From NCBI GenBank assembly GCA_965248265.1, contig CBDFJF010000001.1:2624001-2688000 (forward strand): a DNA stretch of 64,000 nt, read 5' to 3'. Within the stretch, counting starts at the first letter, position 1. The number at the start of each line of letters is the position of its first letter. The notes under the pieces were generated by a model that worked only from the letters and a program-made list of their open reading frames with translations, was not told the origin of the DNA and ran no database searches. This DNA comes from Candidatus Latescibacterota bacterium. GTDB taxonomy: Bacteria; Latescibacterota; UBA2968; UBA8231. This document shows positions 46,871 through 56,361 of the stretch, in pieces. The position numbers and the translations under genes were made by a program.

Positions 46871-47875
46871 TCAGACGAGCGCGGTTGCGTCTGCCGAATC
46901 AAGCAGACGGCCAAGACGCGTGTGCAGATCAGCCGTCTCACGCAGTGAGGCCAGTTCCGCGCGCAGGGCTGAAACACCCGGCAGACCGCGAAAGTAGCCG
47001 GCAAAGTGGCGCCGCATCGTTGCCATCGCGCCGCGCTCCCCCTTGTATTGCTCAGCCAGTTGGAGATGGCGCTGGCACAACTCCACCCTTTCTGCCATAG
47101 TCGGAGGCGGAAGGTCTTCTCCTGTGTGCAGCAGGTGGCGCGCCTCGCGGAATACCCACGGATGCCGGATCGCTCCGCGACCCAGCATGACCCCATCGCA
47201 TCCGGTGGACGATAGCACTTGGCGAACATCGTCGGCCGTATTGATATCGCCGTTCGCGATCACGGGAATCGATACCGCCTCCTTGAGCTTGCCGATCCAA
47301 CTATAGTCGACCTCACCCTTATGGCCCTGGGCGCGGGTACGGCAATGGAGGCTCAGGGCTTTCACCCCGACCTCTTCCAGCATACGGGCTACTTCGACGA
47401 TGCGGATGCTGTCCGCGTCCCAACCCAGCCTCGTCTTCACGGTAACAGGCAGGTCGGTGACGCTGATGACGCGCTCCACTACCGTGCGCATGCGATCGGG
47501 TTCGCGCAGCAACCCGGCGCCGGCGCCGCGCAAGGCGACATTGCTGACCCAACAGCCGCAATTTATGTCAATCAGGTCAGGCTGCGCCGCCGTGGCGATC
47601 CGCGTCGCTTTTTCCATCGAGAGCTCGGAAGCCCCGTAAATCTGGATGCCCAGCGGCCGCTCCGGTTCGCCGAAATCGAGCTTGTCCTGGGTCTTGTGGG
47701 ACCCACGGTCGCGTTCGCGGATCAGTCCCTCGGCGTTGACGAACTCGGTGTAGACAATGTCGGCCCCCTGTTCCTTGCAGATCATGCGGAAGGGCCGATC
47801 CGTCACGTCCTCCATCGGCGCCAGCAGCAGGGCGGCTTCATCGATTCGAACATCGCCTATCGTCAGTGGGGCCAT
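46871..47875 (-). CDS. dusB: tRNA-dihydrouridine synthase B
   Basis: LAPME, DINCGC, VTVKTRLGW, HCRT, ANGDI, MLGRG. Confidence 0.92.
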   Translation of the reverse strand: MAPLTIGDVRIDEAALLLAPMEDVTDRPFRMICKEQGADIVYTEFVNAEGLIRERDRGSHKTQDKLDFGEPERPLGIQIYGASELSMEKATRIATAAQPDLIDINCGCWVSNVALRGAGAGLLREPDRMRTVVERVISVTDLPVTVKTRLGWDADSIRIVEVARMLEEVGVKALSLHCRTRAQGHKGEVDYSWIGKLKEAVSIPVIANGDINTADDVRQVLSSTGCDGVMLGRGAIRHPWVFREARHLLHTGEDLPPPTMAERVELCQRHLQLAEQYKGERGAMATMRRHFAGYFRGLPGVSALRAELASLRETADLHTRLGRLLDSADATALV

Positions 47876-47890
47876 GATGTTATCTCGTTG

Positions 47891-48184
47891 CTATCTCGAA
47901 CGCTTCAGCAGCCTCACTTCGCGGCGTCTGATCAAGGGGCGAATGCGACCGACCAGCGCTAGCCACTCCGGGCTGCTGTAGTAGGCTTCGATTGCCTTAT
48001 CCCGTGCGCTGATTGACGAGAACGACCTCATCCAGACGAATTCGTCCTTGCGGTCCAGGTTGATCCAGGCATCCTCAAACGTGACGCCGTACTTCTTCAT
48101 GAAGCGCTTCGCTTTCTTGAACTGTGGCAGAAAGACCTTCATCTTGCCAGGGTGTAACCGGTAGATCCTGAGTTCCTGTATCAT
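47891..48184 (-). CDS. NIPSNAP-family protein
   Basis: ELRIYRLHPGKM, FVWMRSF, YYSSPEW. Confidence 0.75.
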   Translation of the reverse strand: MIQELRIYRLHPGKMKVFLPQFKKAKRFMKKYGVTFEDAWINLDRKDEFVWMRSFSSISARDKAIEAYYSSPEWLALVGRIRPLIRRREVRLLKRSR

Positions 48185-48783
48185 ACCCGCCTCTCCTTCT
48201 GACAGTCATAGACCGTCGCTTCAGTAGCAACCCAGTCCATGGCGACATCGTGATCAGTGTTTGGAATACTGTCCGACAACAACTGCTCGCAGACGAGTCC
48301 GATCTTGGGCGCGGCGATTTCAGCCAGAAAGCGATCATAGTAGCCCCCTCCCATTCCCAATCGATCCCCACTTTTAGAAAAAGCCAGGCCCGGTACGATA
48401 ATGAGGTCGAGGCTGGAGAAATCGTCAAATTCAGCTAGTTCTGCGGGGGGTTGCCGCAAGCCGATTGGACCCGTGGCCAGATCTTCAAGCGAGGTAAGTT
48501 GGGCGTGCAAGAGCCGACGTTTGCGATCTGGTGGTACGACCGGCACAACCACGTTCTTACCCTGGTCCAGGGCGAGCCGGATCAACTCGAGTGTCTGTAC
48601 TTCGCCGGCCATCGAATCGACGTAACAATGCAGCGTGCGGCTGCAGGACCAGGCACCGAGCGCGACGACGCGGGAGGCGATGGCAGTGCTGACCGTGGCC
48701 AGGATGTCCGCGCTCATACCTTTACGGCGTTGCAGGCATTGGCGGCGCGCCTGCGCCTTCGCTTCTGCGACGCAGCGTGTCAT
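48181..48783 (-). CDS. 5-formyltetrahydrofolate cyclo-ligase (probably leaderless, ATG 48783)
   Basis: DLIIVPGLAF...G.RLGMGGGYYDRFL, HDV.MD. Confidence 0.92.
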   Translation of the reverse strand: MTRCVAEAKAQARRQCLQRRKGMSADILATVSTAIASRVVALGAWSCSRTLHCYVDSMAGEVQTLELIRLALDQGKNVVVPVVPPDRKRRLLHAQLTSLEDLATGPIGLRQPPAELAEFDDFSSLDLIIVPGLAFSKSGDRLGMGGGYYDRFLAEIAAPKIGLVCEQLLSDSIPNTDHDVAMDWVATEATVYDCQKERRV

Positions 48784-48790
48784 GGTCCGC

Positions 48791-48893
48791 ATTATAACCG
48801 GGCTCGCCTCGAGGCGTCAAGAAATCCATGCCCAGACGGAGTGCGCACGTAGAGGGTCTATTTCTTGACGAAGAGTGGCCCAGCAGGTAGATT
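48791..48893. promoter_or_regulatory. Back-to-back divergent sigma70 promoters
   Basis: Minus strand: TTGACG(48820-48815)-18 bp-TATAAT(48796-48791). Plus strand: TTGACG(48865)-17 bp-TAGATT(48888). Confidence 0.7.
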
Positions 48894-48952
48894 GCCGTAA
48901 TCACGCCGTATCACAGTATTGACCCTCCTTCAGGCACCGACCCTCCATTCAA

Positions 48953-49720
48953 GTGACCACGTCCGCGGATCCAAAACACGACGCCGAAGACGTCCGCGTT
49001 CAAAGTAAACTCCGCGAGCACGGCAACCTTCCCAGCCACATCGCCATCATCATGGATGGCGACCGGCGTTGGGCGAAGGACAACGACATGCCGGTCACGG
49101 AAGGTCACCGACACGGCCGCGAGACCGCGCGCGAGGTCATTCGGGCCTGCTCTCAGCTGGGTATCGAAGCCCTGACCCTGTACACTTTTTCGACTGAAAA
49201 CTGGAGCAGACCAGAAAAGGAAGTCTCGACTCTGATGCGCTGGCTCAGAGAGTCATTGCGCGATGAGACCCCTGAGCTCAACAGCAACAACGTTCGTCTC
49301 AATGCCATCGGACGGATCTCTGGACTGCCGCGAGCCGTTCAGTTGGCCCTGCGCGCCGCCCTGGCTGCTACCTCGTCCAACACCGGCATGCTGCTCAATA
49401 TCGCCGTGAACTACGGGGGCCGCAGTGAGATCGTCGATGGCATCAAGAAACTGATCGAGCAGGTTCAGGGTGGCTCATTGCAGCCCGACGACATCGATGA
49501 GGACACGGTCAGCGAGTCCCTGTACACCGCCGGGGTTCCGGATCCGGACCTGCTGATTCGCTGTAGCGGTGAGATGCGCCTGAGTAATTTCTTGCCCTGG
49601 CAGACCGTCTACACGGAGATCTGGCTGACCGAGATTTACTGGCCCGATTTTCGCCGTCACCATTTATATGACGCCGTGCGGGCCTACCAACAGCGACACC
49701 GCCGCTTCGGGGGGACTTGA
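48953..49720 (+). CDS. uppS: cis-prenyltransferase (undecaprenyl diphosphate synthase)
   Basis: HIAIIMDG, YTFSTENW.R, NYGGR, DPDLLIR.SGE.RLSNFL.WQ. Confidence 0.93.
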   Translation: MTTSADPKHDAEDVRVQSKLREHGNLPSHIAIIMDGDRRWAKDNDMPVTEGHRHGRETAREVIRACSQLGIEALTLYTFSTENWSRPEKEVSTLMRWLRESLRDETPELNSNNVRLNAIGRISGLPRAVQLALRAALAATSSNTGMLLNIAVNYGGRSEIVDGIKKLIEQVQGGSLQPDDIDEDTVSESLYTAGVPDPDLLIRCSGEMRLSNFLPWQTVYTEIWLTEIYWPDFRRHHLYDAVRAYQQRHRRFGGT

Positions 49721-49727
49721 TCCCTCC

Positions 49728-50555
49728 ATGAGTGAGGGGGGAAACTCTGATCTGGGACGACGGACACTGGCTGCTTGCGTCTTCGTCCCTGTCGTTCTGC
49801 TGCTAGCCTGGTTGGAGAGTTGGGCATTACTGGCACTCGTCGTCATCATCGTCGGCCGAGCCAGCTGGGAGTTCTTCCACCTGGCCGTTGCTGCCGGACA
49901 TCAGCCCGCGCGGACAATCGGCATCATCGTCTGCGTGGGCTGGTGCCTGTACGTGTCCATCGTTGGCGCCGGCGACCTGCTCCTCATCCTGTTGGGCCTG
50001 GCCCTGATCAGCCTGCTGGCCGCGCTGCGCTCGGGCATTGAGGGATACACTACCAATGCCTCGTTAACGCTCTTTGGTGTCATCTACGTCGGCCTGTTGG
50101 GGAGCGCCCCCCTGTGGATCGCGCGCGACTTCAATGACAATGACACCGCCGGTACGCTCATCTGCATCATCTTCGTGTGTGTGTGGCTGACGGACTCGGC
50201 GGCCTATCTCGGCGGCCGCAAATGGGGGGTGAGCAAACTGTTTCCGTCGGTCTCACCGGCCAAGACGCGTGTCGGTTTCATCACTGGACTTATCGGCGGG
50301 TTGGTACCGTTGGCCCTGCAGCCCCTGGTGCCGCAGATGAGTATGATGGAACTCGCCGGACTTTTACTCGTCGTCTCTTTTGGCGGTCAGATTGGAGACC
50401 TCGTTGAATCAGCGGTGAAGAGAGATTTCGGAGTCAAGGATGCGCCTGGCATCATTCCCGGTCACGGCGGATTTCTGGACCGCTTCGACTCTTACCTTTT
50501 CGCCTTCCCGCTGACTTACTTCTACCTTTGGATGTTGCCAACAACTGCACCGTAA
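49728..50555 (+). CDS. cdsA: Phosphatidate cytidylyltransferase
   Basis: DSAAY..G, SPAKT, GDLVESAVKR..GVKD...IPGHGG.LDRFDS. Confidence 0.95.
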   Translation: MSEGGNSDLGRRTLAACVFVPVVLLLAWLESWALLALVVIIVGRASWEFFHLAVAAGHQPARTIGIIVCVGWCLYVSIVGAGDLLLILLGLALISLLAALRSGIEGYTTNASLTLFGVIYVGLLGSAPLWIARDFNDNDTAGTLICIIFVCVWLTDSAAYLGGRKWGVSKLFPSVSPAKTRVGFITGLIGGLVPLALQPLVPQMSMMELAGLLLVVSFGGQIGDLVESAVKRDFGVKDAPGIIPGHGGFLDRFDSYLFAFPLTYFYLWMLPTTAP

Positions 50556-50568
50556 TGGATAGGCCCTA

Positions 50569-51873
50569 ATGATCAGTTCGCTACTCTACTTTCTCGTCGC
50601 TCTCGGCGTCCTCGTTTTCGTCCACGAACTCGGACATTTTCTGGTAGCCAAATGGGCCGGGATCCGCGTCGAGCGATTCTCCCTCGGTTATCCTCCCAAG
50701 CTTGTCGGGTTCCAATGGGGTGAAACGGAGTACTGCCTCTCCTGGATCCCGTTCGGCGGCTACGTGAAGGTAACCGGACTGGCCGATGTGGGTGCCGATG
50801 AGGGTGATGGTGAGGAGGAGTGGGAATTCTCCTCGAAGCCGATCTGGGTGCGTATGGCCGTCATCGCCGCCGGCCCCTGGATGAACTTCGTGTTCGCCTT
50901 CCTCGCCTTTGTCACGCTTTTCGTCGGTTACGGCATGGAAACGGTCGATTCGACCGAAGTAATGGCCCAGGCAGAAACGGCCGCTGCGAAAGCCGGCGTG
51001 CTCGACGGTGACATTGTTCGCCAGGTGGAAGAGCACCCGGTCGGCAACTGGCACCAGCTGTCTACTCGGCTTGCCAGTTCAGAGGCTTCGGGGACGACCC
51101 TGACGCTCGAAAGAGAAGGAATCCTGATGGAGATTTCTCTTCCCGCGTCGGAGGACCCTCACTATGGCCTTGAGCTCGTCCTGCCCACGACGGTCGGTGG
51201 GGTAGTCGATGACACGCCGGCAGCCGAAAGTGGGTTGATGGAAGGGGATCGCATTCTCTCGATAGGGGGAGTCGGTGTCGGAAGCTGGGACGAAATGCGT
51301 CGGGAAATCAGAGCCCATCCGGCGGAAACGGTGACGATTTCGTGGCAGCGAAATGGCCAGCTCGTTGAGACTCGGATCACACCGACCGCACGCCGAAGCG
51401 GGGAGGAGGTTTTCGGCGAGATCGGCATCAGCCCCGAACGCATCCGCGCTGATATCGGTCTTGTTGAATCCGTGCAGCTGAGTGCGGCCAGTGTCTACGG
51501 CTCTTCCTGGCTGATCCTGGATTTCATCGGCAAGATCTTTACTGAAGATCGCTACAAAGAACTAGGTGGTCCGATCCGTATCGCCAAGATGGCCGGTGAC
51601 ACGGCTGAGCGCGGTTTACAGCACTTTCTCAGTTTCCTGGCCCTGCTCAGCGTCAACTTGGCCATCCTCAATTTACTACCCATCCCTGTGTTGGACGGTG
51701 GTCATCTTACCTTTCTCACGCTCGAGGCCCTGATGCGCCGCCCCCTGTCCATCAGGCAGCGCGAATTCATGCAACAAACTGGCCTCGTCGTCCTCCTCGG
51801 CATCATGGTCTTCGTCACCTTCAACGATTTGAACCAACTCGTCTTCGACCGCATCGCACAGCTGTTTCAGTAG
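50569..51873 (+). CDS. rseP: Site-2 intramembrane zinc metalloprotease with PDZ domains
   Basis: HELGH, PFGGYVK, NLLPIPVLDGG. Confidence 0.95.
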   Translation: MISSLLYFLVALGVLVFVHELGHFLVAKWAGIRVERFSLGYPPKLVGFQWGETEYCLSWIPFGGYVKVTGLADVGADEGDGEEEWEFSSKPIWVRMAVIAAGPWMNFVFAFLAFVTLFVGYGMETVDSTEVMAQAETAAAKAGVLDGDIVRQVEEHPVGNWHQLSTRLASSEASGTTLTLEREGILMEISLPASEDPHYGLELVLPTTVGGVVDDTPAAESGLMEGDRILSIGGVGVGSWDEMRREIRAHPAETVTISWQRNGQLVETRITPTARRSGEEVFGEIGISPERIRADIGLVESVQLSAASVYGSSWLILDFIGKIFTEDRYKELGGPIRIAKMAGDTAERGLQHFLSFLALLSVNLAILNLLPIPVLDGGHLTFLTLEALMRRPLSIRQREFMQQTGLVVLLGIMVFVTFNDLNQLVFDRIAQLFQ

Positions 51874-51890
51874 CGGAAGCAACCGGTCCG

Positions 51891-53051
51891 GTGAGTGAGC
51901 TTTCCCGTTCAATCCGCGACCACGCCACCGATCTGGGTTTCAGTCTTTTTGGCGTGGCGCCCGCTGACCCGCTCGAGGGAGCCGAGTTCTACGCCCGCTG
52001 GGTCGCCCTCGGGTACGCCGGTGAGATGGCTTACCTGGAACGCAACCGCGACAAGCGGCAACATCCCGCTCGTCTGGTCCCTGGCGCCCGGTCGGTAGTC
52101 TGCGTCGGCATGCACTACCCGCCGGCCGCGGCCGAGCACACACCGTCGAAGACAGATCCAATGACAGGACAGCTCTCCTGCTATGCTCTGGGTGACGACT
52201 ATCACCGGGTGATGAAATCCAAGCTCGCCCAGTTGTTCGATTACATGCAGGAAGTCATCGAGCGACCGCTGCTGGGCCGCTACTACGTCGACACCGCGCC
52301 GGTGCTGGAACGCGAGCTGGCTCAACTCGCTGGTCTGGGTTGGTGGGGCAAGAACACCTGCCTTATCGACAAGCACTCCGGCTCCTACTTCTTCCTGGGC
52401 GAGATCATCAGCGATTTGGAGCTGCCCTTCGATGAGCCGGCCGTCGATCACTGCGGCACCTGCACTCGCTGTCTAGACGCCTGCCCGACAAACGCCTTTC
52501 CCGAGCCCTACGTCCTCGATGCCCGGCGCTGTATTTCCTATCTGACGATCGAACTCAAAGATTCCATTCCGGGACCATTGCGGGCTAACATGGGCAACTG
52601 GATTTTGGGTTGCGATGTCTGCCAGCAGGTGTGTCCCTGGAACCGGGAGACTCCCCCTAGCGCCGACCAGGCTTTCCTCCCACGCGGTGGTTTGGATTCG
52701 CTAGCATTGGCGGACTTGATCCGCCTCGACCGCAGCAGCTTCAACGCGCTGTTCAAGGGGCATGCGGCCAAGAGGCCGAAGCGTCGGGGGCTGTTGAGGA
52801 ACGTCGCTGTCGCGTTGGGCAATTCGGGAGACCAATCGGCGGTACCGCCTTTGATCGAGGCCCTGGCGGACGAGGAACCCCTGGTGCGCGGCCATGCGGC
52901 CTGGGCCCTTGGCAGATTGGGGGGAGCTTCAGCACGCCAGGCCCTCGAGTCTGCCCTCGCCAACGAGCGGTGCGAAGAGGTGGTGACAGAAATCAAGAAC
53001 GCACTCGGCGGCACGAATGGGAGCGCTGATTCGACGGACCCTGCTGATTGA
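51891..53051 (+). CDS. queG: Epoxyqueuosine reductase
   Basis: YALGDDYH, VDTAPVLER, CGTCTRCLDACPT, CISYLTIE, GCDVCQQVCPWN, HEAT tail. Confidence 0.95.
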   Translation: MSELSRSIRDHATDLGFSLFGVAPADPLEGAEFYARWVALGYAGEMAYLERNRDKRQHPARLVPGARSVVCVGMHYPPAAAEHTPSKTDPMTGQLSCYALGDDYHRVMKSKLAQLFDYMQEVIERPLLGRYYVDTAPVLERELAQLAGLGWWGKNTCLIDKHSGSYFFLGEIISDLELPFDEPAVDHCGTCTRCLDACPTNAFPEPYVLDARRCISYLTIELKDSIPGPLRANMGNWILGCDVCQQVCPWNRETPPSADQAFLPRGGLDSLALADLIRLDRSSFNALFKGHAAKRPKRRGLLRNVAVALGNSGDQSAVPPLIEALADEEPLVRGHAAWALGRLGGASARQALESALANERCEEVVTEIKNALGGTNGSADSTDPAD

Positions 53052-53073
53052 CGGGGTAAATTACCCGACCACT

Positions 53074-54036
53074 TCAGCCGCCGTCAGTCTCAGGCTCCAG
53101 CAGGGCCTGCACGAACTCCACGCCATCGAAAGGCTGCAGATCGTCGGCACCCTCCCCGACTCCGATGTACCTGACCGGTAGCTTGAGTTCGCGACAAAGG
53201 GCGAAGACGATCCCGCCCTTGGCAGTGCCATCCAGTTTCGTCAGAGCCAGGCCGGTCAGTCCGATGGCCTCATGGAATTGGCGGGCCTGGGCCAGTGCAT
53301 TCTGGCCGGTGGTGGCATCCACCACCAGCAGAGTCTGGTGTGGACCGCCCTCTTGCTTGCTGAGGGTGCGACCGATCTTCTTGAGCTCTTCCATCAAATT
53401 GACTTTGGTGTGCAGGCGGCCGGCTGTGTCAACAAGGAGGACGTCGATCCCCCTGGCACGGGCAGACTCCAGCGCATCGAAAGCGACGGCGGCGGGATCT
53501 GCACCCTCACGGGAGCCTACCAGTTGCGCTCCTGCCCGCTCTGCCCAGACGCCCAGCTGTTGCGAGGCCGCGGCGCGGAAGGTGTCGCAGGCGGCGATCA
53601 TCACTTTCTTACCGTCAGATGTCATCAAATGAGCCAGTTTTCCAACGGTGGTAGTCTTTCCGACACCGTTGACCCCGACCACCAGAATGACTTCCGGCAG
53701 GATGCCAGCACCCCTTGCCTCACCGCTCTCTGACACGGTGTCACCGCCCTCATCTGTGGCGTCCCCACCGGCCGCGACGATGCGGGTGAGTTCCTTTCCG
53801 AGCAGATCGAGAGTGGACTCTTCTGGGTTTTCACGCGAGCGCTCCCGAATCGACTCCACCACCTCAACGGCCGTGTCGACGCCAGTGTCGGCATCGATGA
53901 GGATGGCTTCGATTTCTTCGAGGGTGTCTCCGTCCAGCGTCGAGGAGGCGGATACGACTTCGGTGAGTCTGTCGACCAGGTTAGCTCGCGTCCTGGCGAG
54001 GCCGTCGCGCACCTTGCTGAAAAAATCGAACGCCAC
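53074..54036 (-). CDS. ftsY: SRP receptor GTPase
   Basis: GVNGVGKTTT, DTFRAAA, DTAGR, TKLDGTAKGG. Confidence 0.96.
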   Translation of the reverse strand: MAFDFFSKVRDGLARTRANLVDRLTEVVSASSTLDGDTLEEIEAILIDADTGVDTAVEVVESIRERSRENPEESTLDLLGKELTRIVAAGGDATDEGGDTVSESGEARGAGILPEVILVVGVNGVGKTTTVGKLAHLMTSDGKKVMIAACDTFRAAASQQLGVWAERAGAQLVGSREGADPAAVAFDALESARARGIDVLLVDTAGRLHTKVNLMEELKKIGRTLSKQEGGPHQTLLVVDATTGQNALAQARQFHEAIGLTGLALTKLDGTAKGGIVFALCRELKLPVRYIGVGEGADDLQPFDGVEFVQALLEPETDGG

Positions 54037-54038
54037 GA

Positions 54039-55157
54039 TCAGCTGGTCGCCTGTTCCAGAACACCTTCCTCGATGGCGGGGTCGACGATATAAAGCATCG
54101 GTTCATCCCCGAGATTCATCTGTCGGTGGTCGCGCATTTTCCGACCTCGCGGATCCAACAACACATCGACGGTGGGCCGGGTGGGATGCAACCGGCTGGT
54201 ACCCACGACGCGGCCGATCTCGCCGTTGTTGAGCTTGACCAGACTGCCCAGCGGGAAAATCGAAACGATGTAGATGAGCGCCTTGATGAGGGTGGGATCG
54301 AACAGCGAGTTACGCAGATCGATGATCTCCTTCAAGGCGTTGTAGACGACCCGGGCTTCTCGATCGGCGCGGGGGTGCGCCATGGCTTCGTAGGTGTCTA
54401 CTATACCGATGATGCGAGCGAACTCGTGGATCTCTTCCCCCTTGAGCCCGTGCGGATAGCCACTGCCGTCCTGTCTCTCGTGCGTTTGCACGACCACCTT
54501 TCCGATCCAGTGAAAGGCCTTGCCGAAGGACTGCACCATGCGCTGCGATTCTTCCGGATGACGATGCAGTAGGGCTAGCTGGTCGGGATTGAAGCGGCGT
54601 TCGTTCAAGACTTCCTCTGGTATCGACAACATGCCGATATCGTGCATCAACCCGCACAGACCGAGGGCCAGGGCCTTGCGATCGTCGTACTCGAGTTCGA
54701 GGCCCAGTTTCAGCGCGAGGACCGTGGCGTTGGCGCTGCGCTTTGCCCACGAGTCGTCGGCGGCACGGCTGCGCACGGTAACCGCCAACAGCTCGTCCCC
54801 ATTCTTGAGGTCCTCGAGCACACCGCGAACAGCGGCCACCGTTGACGGCCCGTCAGGAGCGTGTTGCTGCGCCGCGGCAGCGAATACGCTCAATGCTGCT
54901 TGAACCAGGCTCCCGTGAAGCTGTGCTGAGACGCTGTCCGGGGCCTGTTGTGGATCGTCCTGAATGGTGGTGAGTGTTTCTTCGCCCTGCTCGATAAGTG
55001 GTGCGATAGCGGCACGATCGGCGCGCTCCTCAGCCTCGGCCTGGGCCGCCTTCACCGAGGCTGCGGAACCCGCCGTTCGAGATGCCAGTCCGGCCGAGGC
55101 CGTTCTGGTGCGCATCTCCCTGCCATTGCGCAGCATCTGACTCATGCGCAGCGCCAT
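54039..55157 (-). CDS. HD-GYP domain protein (partly degenerate)
   Basis: MHDIG, HERQDGSGYPHGL, ARIIGIVDTYEAM, C-terminal FPLGSLVKLNNGEIGRV. Confidence 0.85.
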   Translation of the reverse strand: MALRMSQMLRNGREMRTRTASAGLASRTAGSAASVKAAQAEAEERADRAAIAPLIEQGEETLTTIQDDPQQAPDSVSAQLHGSLVQAALSVFAAAAQQHAPDGPSTVAAVRGVLEDLKNGDELLAVTVRSRAADDSWAKRSANATVLALKLGLELEYDDRKALALGLCGLMHDIGMLSIPEEVLNERRFNPDQLALLHRHPEESQRMVQSFGKAFHWIGKVVVQTHERQDGSGYPHGLKGEEIHEFARIIGIVDTYEAMAHPRADREARVVYNALKEIIDLRNSLFDPTLIKALIYIVSIFPLGSLVKLNNGEIGRVVGTSRLHPTRPTVDVLLDPRGRKMRDHRQMNLGDEPMLYIVDPAIEEGVLEQATS

Positions 55158-55161
55158 TTAC

Positions 55162-55965
55162 CTACCCCTCACCTCGTTCGGACTGAATCAATCTGCGCAT
55201 CCAATCGCCATCGATGGAATCCAACTCCCGGCTGAAGCCGACGACGAGAGCGATGTCGCAGATGTTGTTGATCTTTCGCGGCACGCCCATGCCGAAATCG
55301 TGGGCAAGATCGATAGCCTCTTCGGTGAATGTCTGATCTTCGCGTCCCGCCACCCTGAGTCGATGCGCCACGTACTCGTGCGTTTCTTCGATCTGCAGCG
55401 GTTTGAGCCAACCGCGGGTTGCAATGCGCTGATCCATCGGCGGGTGTTTGCGCAGTCTCTCGGCCAATGGTAATTGACCGACCAGCAGCACCGTCACCAG
55501 AAAGGCGTCGTTCAACTGGAAATTTGTCAGTAGCCTGATCTCTTCCAGAATGGCAGGGTCCTCTATGTGCTGACCCTCTTCGACGACGACAGTGCCTTTG
55601 CCCGCTTCGTAGTATTCATACAGGATCTCGTGAATCCGATGGATGATCTGCGAGCGTCCCTCGATCGGTTCATCATCACCGAGTTGGTACAACACCTCTC
55701 GCAGGAACTCCTCTGCCGTTTGGGAGGGGGTATTGAGCAGGGCTATCTCGGTGTGGTCACTGTCTAGCTCGCGTAGCAGCGCCCGCGACAGCAGCGTTTT
55801 CCCACACCCTGAATCCCCTGTGAGCAGGGCCGCTCCATGATTGCTCTTAATCGTGTACAGCAGGCGAGTGTAGACTTCGGAGACGTCCGCAGATTCGTAA
55901 AAAAACCTGGGATCCGGCGTATTCTCGAACGGTTTTTCCTGTAACCCCCAGTAAGCCTCGTACAT
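55162..55965 (-). CDS. ExeA/GspA-like AAA ATPase (stand-alone ATPase domain)
   Basis: MYEAYWGLQEKPF..TPDP, GDSGCGKT, LEEIRLLTN, LVGQ, GVPRKINNICD. Confidence 0.9.
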   Translation of the reverse strand: MYEAYWGLQEKPFENTPDPRFFYESADVSEVYTRLLYTIKSNHGAALLTGDSGCGKTLLSRALLRELDSDHTEIALLNTPSQTAEEFLREVLYQLGDDEPIEGRSQIIHRIHEILYEYYEAGKGTVVVEEGQHIEDPAILEEIRLLTNFQLNDAFLVTVLLVGQLPLAERLRKHPPMDQRIATRGWLKPLQIEETHEYVAHRLRVAGREDQTFTEEAIDLAHDFGMGVPRKINNICDIALVVGFSRELDSIDGDWMRRLIQSERGEG

Positions 55966-56304
55966 CTTGTTTCCTGGTTCCGCCGGGCTGCGATTGCGGA
56001 GGCCGATCTATCGAGGTCGATAGCCTGGAAACTCGGCCCCTCATGCAGCTGGCGGCTGATGCGCATCCGAATCGCGGCAGACGCAGCAACCGGGGCACGT
56101 GGGGCCTAGCGAGGATTGCCTGGTAAGCTGTCGGTGGACGCGTGCAGTGATCGATGCCTGTACAGCAGTGCCATACGAAGATATTCAATATACAGTAGAT
56201 GTCTATATAAGCTGTTAAAGAATAGCATCTTAGGCCGCCAGGTGTCAAGTTTCGAACAACAAATAGGTAAAATGTGCAAAAGCGAGTTGACGCCTCTTCA
56301 ATGC

Positions 56305-56332
56305 TTGACAATTCATTTGCTAACTTTACATT
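56305..56332 (+). promoter_or_regulatory. Putative promoter of the rib-nusB-secA operon
   Basis: TTGACA-16 bp-TACATT in an AT-rich region. Confidence 0.5.
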
Positions 56333-56361
56333 GAGCCCTTTCGATAAGGGTAGTTATAAAA

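Noticed and set aside
48793-48952. 6S RNA upstream of the 5-formyl-THF cyclo-ligase gene (common synteny)
   Set aside because: The 160-bp gap is taken up by two divergent promoters, leaving no room for a roughly 180-nt RNA.
55966-56160. c-di-GMP riboswitch upstream of the ExeA/HD-GYP operon
   Set aside because: No recognisable class I or II consensus on the minus strand by eye.
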